A stretch of 64,000 nucleotides of DNA from the human T2T-CHM13v2.0 reference genome, Homo sapiens, in assembly GCF_009914755.1 (NCBI RefSeq), contig NC_060928.1. One strand, 5' to 3'. The notes below the pieces were generated by a model. The model was not told the origin of the DNA. It was given only the letters and a program-made list of their open reading frames with translations, and ran no database searches. The position numbers were made by a program, and so were the translations under genes. Each line of letters begins with the position of its first letter. The stretch's first letter is position 1. Below, one piece after another: positions 54,523-64,000 of this stretch.

Positions 54523-61054
<6,532 letters not shown>

Positions 61055-61062
61055 GAAAGTTC

Positions 61063-61405
<343 letters not shown>

Positions 61406-62314
61406 CTAATAAGTGAGTTTGGCTAGTTTGCAGGATGCAAAATAAACACACAAAAGTCAACTCTATTTCTTTATATTAGCAATGAACAATTGGAAATCAA
61501 AACTTTAAAAAAATACCATCGACAATAGTTACTCCCAAAATAAAACACTTAGGTATAAATCTAACATCATAAGACATGTATGATGATCACTACAAAACAC
61601 AGATTAAAAATAAATCAAAGAAGACCTAAATAAATGGAGAGACATATCATACTCATGGATTGGAAGACTCAACATAGTAAAGATGTCAGTTGTCTCCAGT
61701 TGATGTACAGATTTAATGTCATTTCAATCAAAATTGTAACAATTATTAAAAAGATAGAGAGAAGCTGATGCTAAATTTTATATGGGGAGGCAAAAAAGTA
61801 AGATAACCAAAACAATTCCGACAAAGAAGAAAAAGTTTAGAGAAATCATACTATCCAATTTTAATACTTACTCCAAAGCTATAGTCATCAAAGCAGTGAA
61901 ACAATTGTGAGTACTAGCAAAGAGAGACACATAGTTCAATAGAAAAGAAATGAGAGTTTAGAATTAGACCCACACAAATATATCTAACTGATCTTTCACA
62001 AAGGCAAGTCAAAGGAGAAAGAATAGCCTTTCAACAAATGTGGTTTGGACAAGTGAACATCTATATGAAGAAAAAGAAAGAAAGAAAGAAAAGAAAGAGA
62101 GAGAAAGACAGAGAAAGAGAGAGAGAAAAAAAGGAAAGAAAGGAGAGAGAAAAAAAGAAAGAAAAAGAAAATAACTTTAACCTAACCCTCACAGCTTACA
62201 AAAAAGTTAAAAAGAATCATAAATCTAAATGTAAAACTTAAAACTATAAAGTTAGTCTTCAGTGGAATAGATCTAAAAAGTTAGATCCTTTCAGTCCATT
62301 ACATTTTAAAGAGA

Positions 62315-62475
62315 AAAAATTAAATTAGCTGGGCGTGGTGGCATGTGCCTGTAATCCCAGCTACTTGGGAGGCTGAGGCTGGAGAATTGCTTGAACCCAG
62401 GAGGCAGAGCTGAGATCGCCCCACTGCACTCCAGCATGCGCAACAGAGCGAGACTCCGTCTCAAAAAAAAAAAGA
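62315..62475 (+). mobile_element. Alu right arm
   Basis: aaattagctgggcgtggtgg..gagactccgtctcaaaa. Confidence 0.9.
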
Positions 62476-62654
62476 AGAAAATTTAGCAAAAAGGCAATCT
62501 CCCCTTTAATTTAGAGGAACAATCGGGAGTAAAAAGGAAAGAAAACATACTGGGAAAAAAAGAATTGGTGAATCACATGGAGAAATGTGGCCTGGGAGAT
62601 CTACCTGGGAACACGAATCCCCAGAAATAGCAGTGTCTTGACAGCCTTTGAACT

Positions 62655-63485
62655 CATTTATTCATTCACCAAATATTTACTGAGCCCCTTCTATATCTGA
62701 GATTCTAAGTACACAACAGTAATCAAAAAAGAACCCATCTTGTTCTATACCCATGGAGATTACACTGAAGCAAGGGAAATAGGCTTTAGACAAATACTAA
62801 TAAGTACATAATAACAACCTGTGAAAAGTGCTATGAGAGAAACAACAGTGTAAAAAAGTAACTAGGTGAGGTGATGGATGTGTTAGTTTGCTTGACTGTA
62901 GTCATCATTTCACTTTGTGTATGTATATAAAAGCATCATGTATACCTTAAATACGTACAATACAAACTTTTTAAAAAGGGAACGGGAAAGGGGAGAAAAG
63001 AGGAAATAATAGATTATCATCCTAGGAAAGACCAAAAGGGAGGCCTGCTTTAAGTTGGGATGGGGATCAAGGAAGGTGTTCCTGAGGAGGGGTCAGAGCA
63101 GTTGAGCAGGAACAAGCCAGAGAAAGACTGATGGGGAGAGGGCTCCAGGCAGGGGTGGGCTACACATCAGACCTCAGCTGGAAAAGTGCTGAGGGAATAT
63201 GAGAAATGGAAATATAAGAGACGAATTGCCTGTGTGGATGGGGAGGGGTGGCATGAGATGGGGCCGAAGAAGACACCCAAGGGCTTTTATGCAAGGGAGT
63301 GACATGATTCAATGCAAGCTGTCAAAAATTTGCATTGTCAATGTATGAAAACTGGCCTTGTGAGAAAGTAAGGTAAGTGGTTGGAAAGTCTTGACAGAGG
63401 TCTATGGTGGACTTATTGGTGACATGTCAGTGAAGATGAGAAAAGTGAACAGATTTGAGAGGTGTTTTGAAAGCATTAGTTTGAG
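62655..63485 (-). mobile_element. L2 fragments with a small L1 3'UTR piece (~62860-62975)
   Basis: ttcattcaccaaatatttactgagc; aagtgctatgagagaaa; gggagtgacatgat. Confidence 0.6.
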
Positions 63486-63488
63486 GAT

Positions 63489-64000
63489 GGGGCGCAGTGG
63501 CTCACACCTGTAATACCAGCACTTTGGGAGGCTGAGGTGGGCAGATCACGTGAGACCAAGAGTTAGAGACAAGCCTGGCCAACATGATGAAACCTCGTCT
63601 CTACTAAACATATAAAAAAAAATTAGGTGGGGCCGGGCGCAGTGGCTCATGCCTGTAATCCCAGCACTTTGGGAGGCCGAGGCAGGCAGATCACGAGGTC
63701 AGGAGATCGAGACCATCCTGGCTAACACGGTGAAAACCCGTCTCTGCTAAAAATACAAAAAATTAGCTGGGTGCGGTGGCGGGCACCTGTAGTCCCAGCT
63801 ACTCAGGAGGCTGAGGCAGGAGAATGGCATGAACCTGGGAGGCAGAGCTTGCAGTGAGCCGAGATAGAGCCACTGCACTCCAGCCTGGGTGAAAGAGCAA
63901 GACTCCGTCTCAAAAAAAAAAAAAAAAAAAATTAGCTGGATGTGGTGTTAGGCACCTGTAATCCCAGCTACGCAGCTACTTGGGAGGCTGAGGCAGGAGG
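63489..64000 (+). mobile_element. AluS-like with an AluY (63631-63931) inserted just after its A-rich linker
   Basis: Left arm, aaaaattaggtgg, full AluY, aaaaattagctgg, right arm. Confidence 0.93.

Overview
Primate (very likely human) non-coding DNA dominated by Alu, L1, L2, MIR, MaLR/ERVL LTR and DNA-transposon remnants. No intact protein-coding exon was found. The informative part is the first ~5 kb. A CpG island (~3.7-4.9 kb) carries two minus-strand non-coding exons that I recognise from memory as the 5' end of ERVMER34-1 (HEMO, a captured retroviral env whose CDS would lie left of the window). These exons, a miR-4449-like hairpin and a SNORA26-like snoRNA look like a duplicated copy of the snoRNA-host lncRNA DANCR. 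A ~3.3 kb inversion (~440-3715) can be reconstructed from the sequence: it splits an LTR, is flanked by an inverted duplication, and flips the snoRNA and a retroviral pol remnant antisense. The rest holds two full-length dead L1PA elements nested in older L1s (one with an open ORF0), a twin-primed L1, an RNY3 retrocopy and a 180-bp templated insertion inside an Alu. Gene and repeat-subfamily names come from recalled sequences, not searches, and boundaries of old repeats are approximate.
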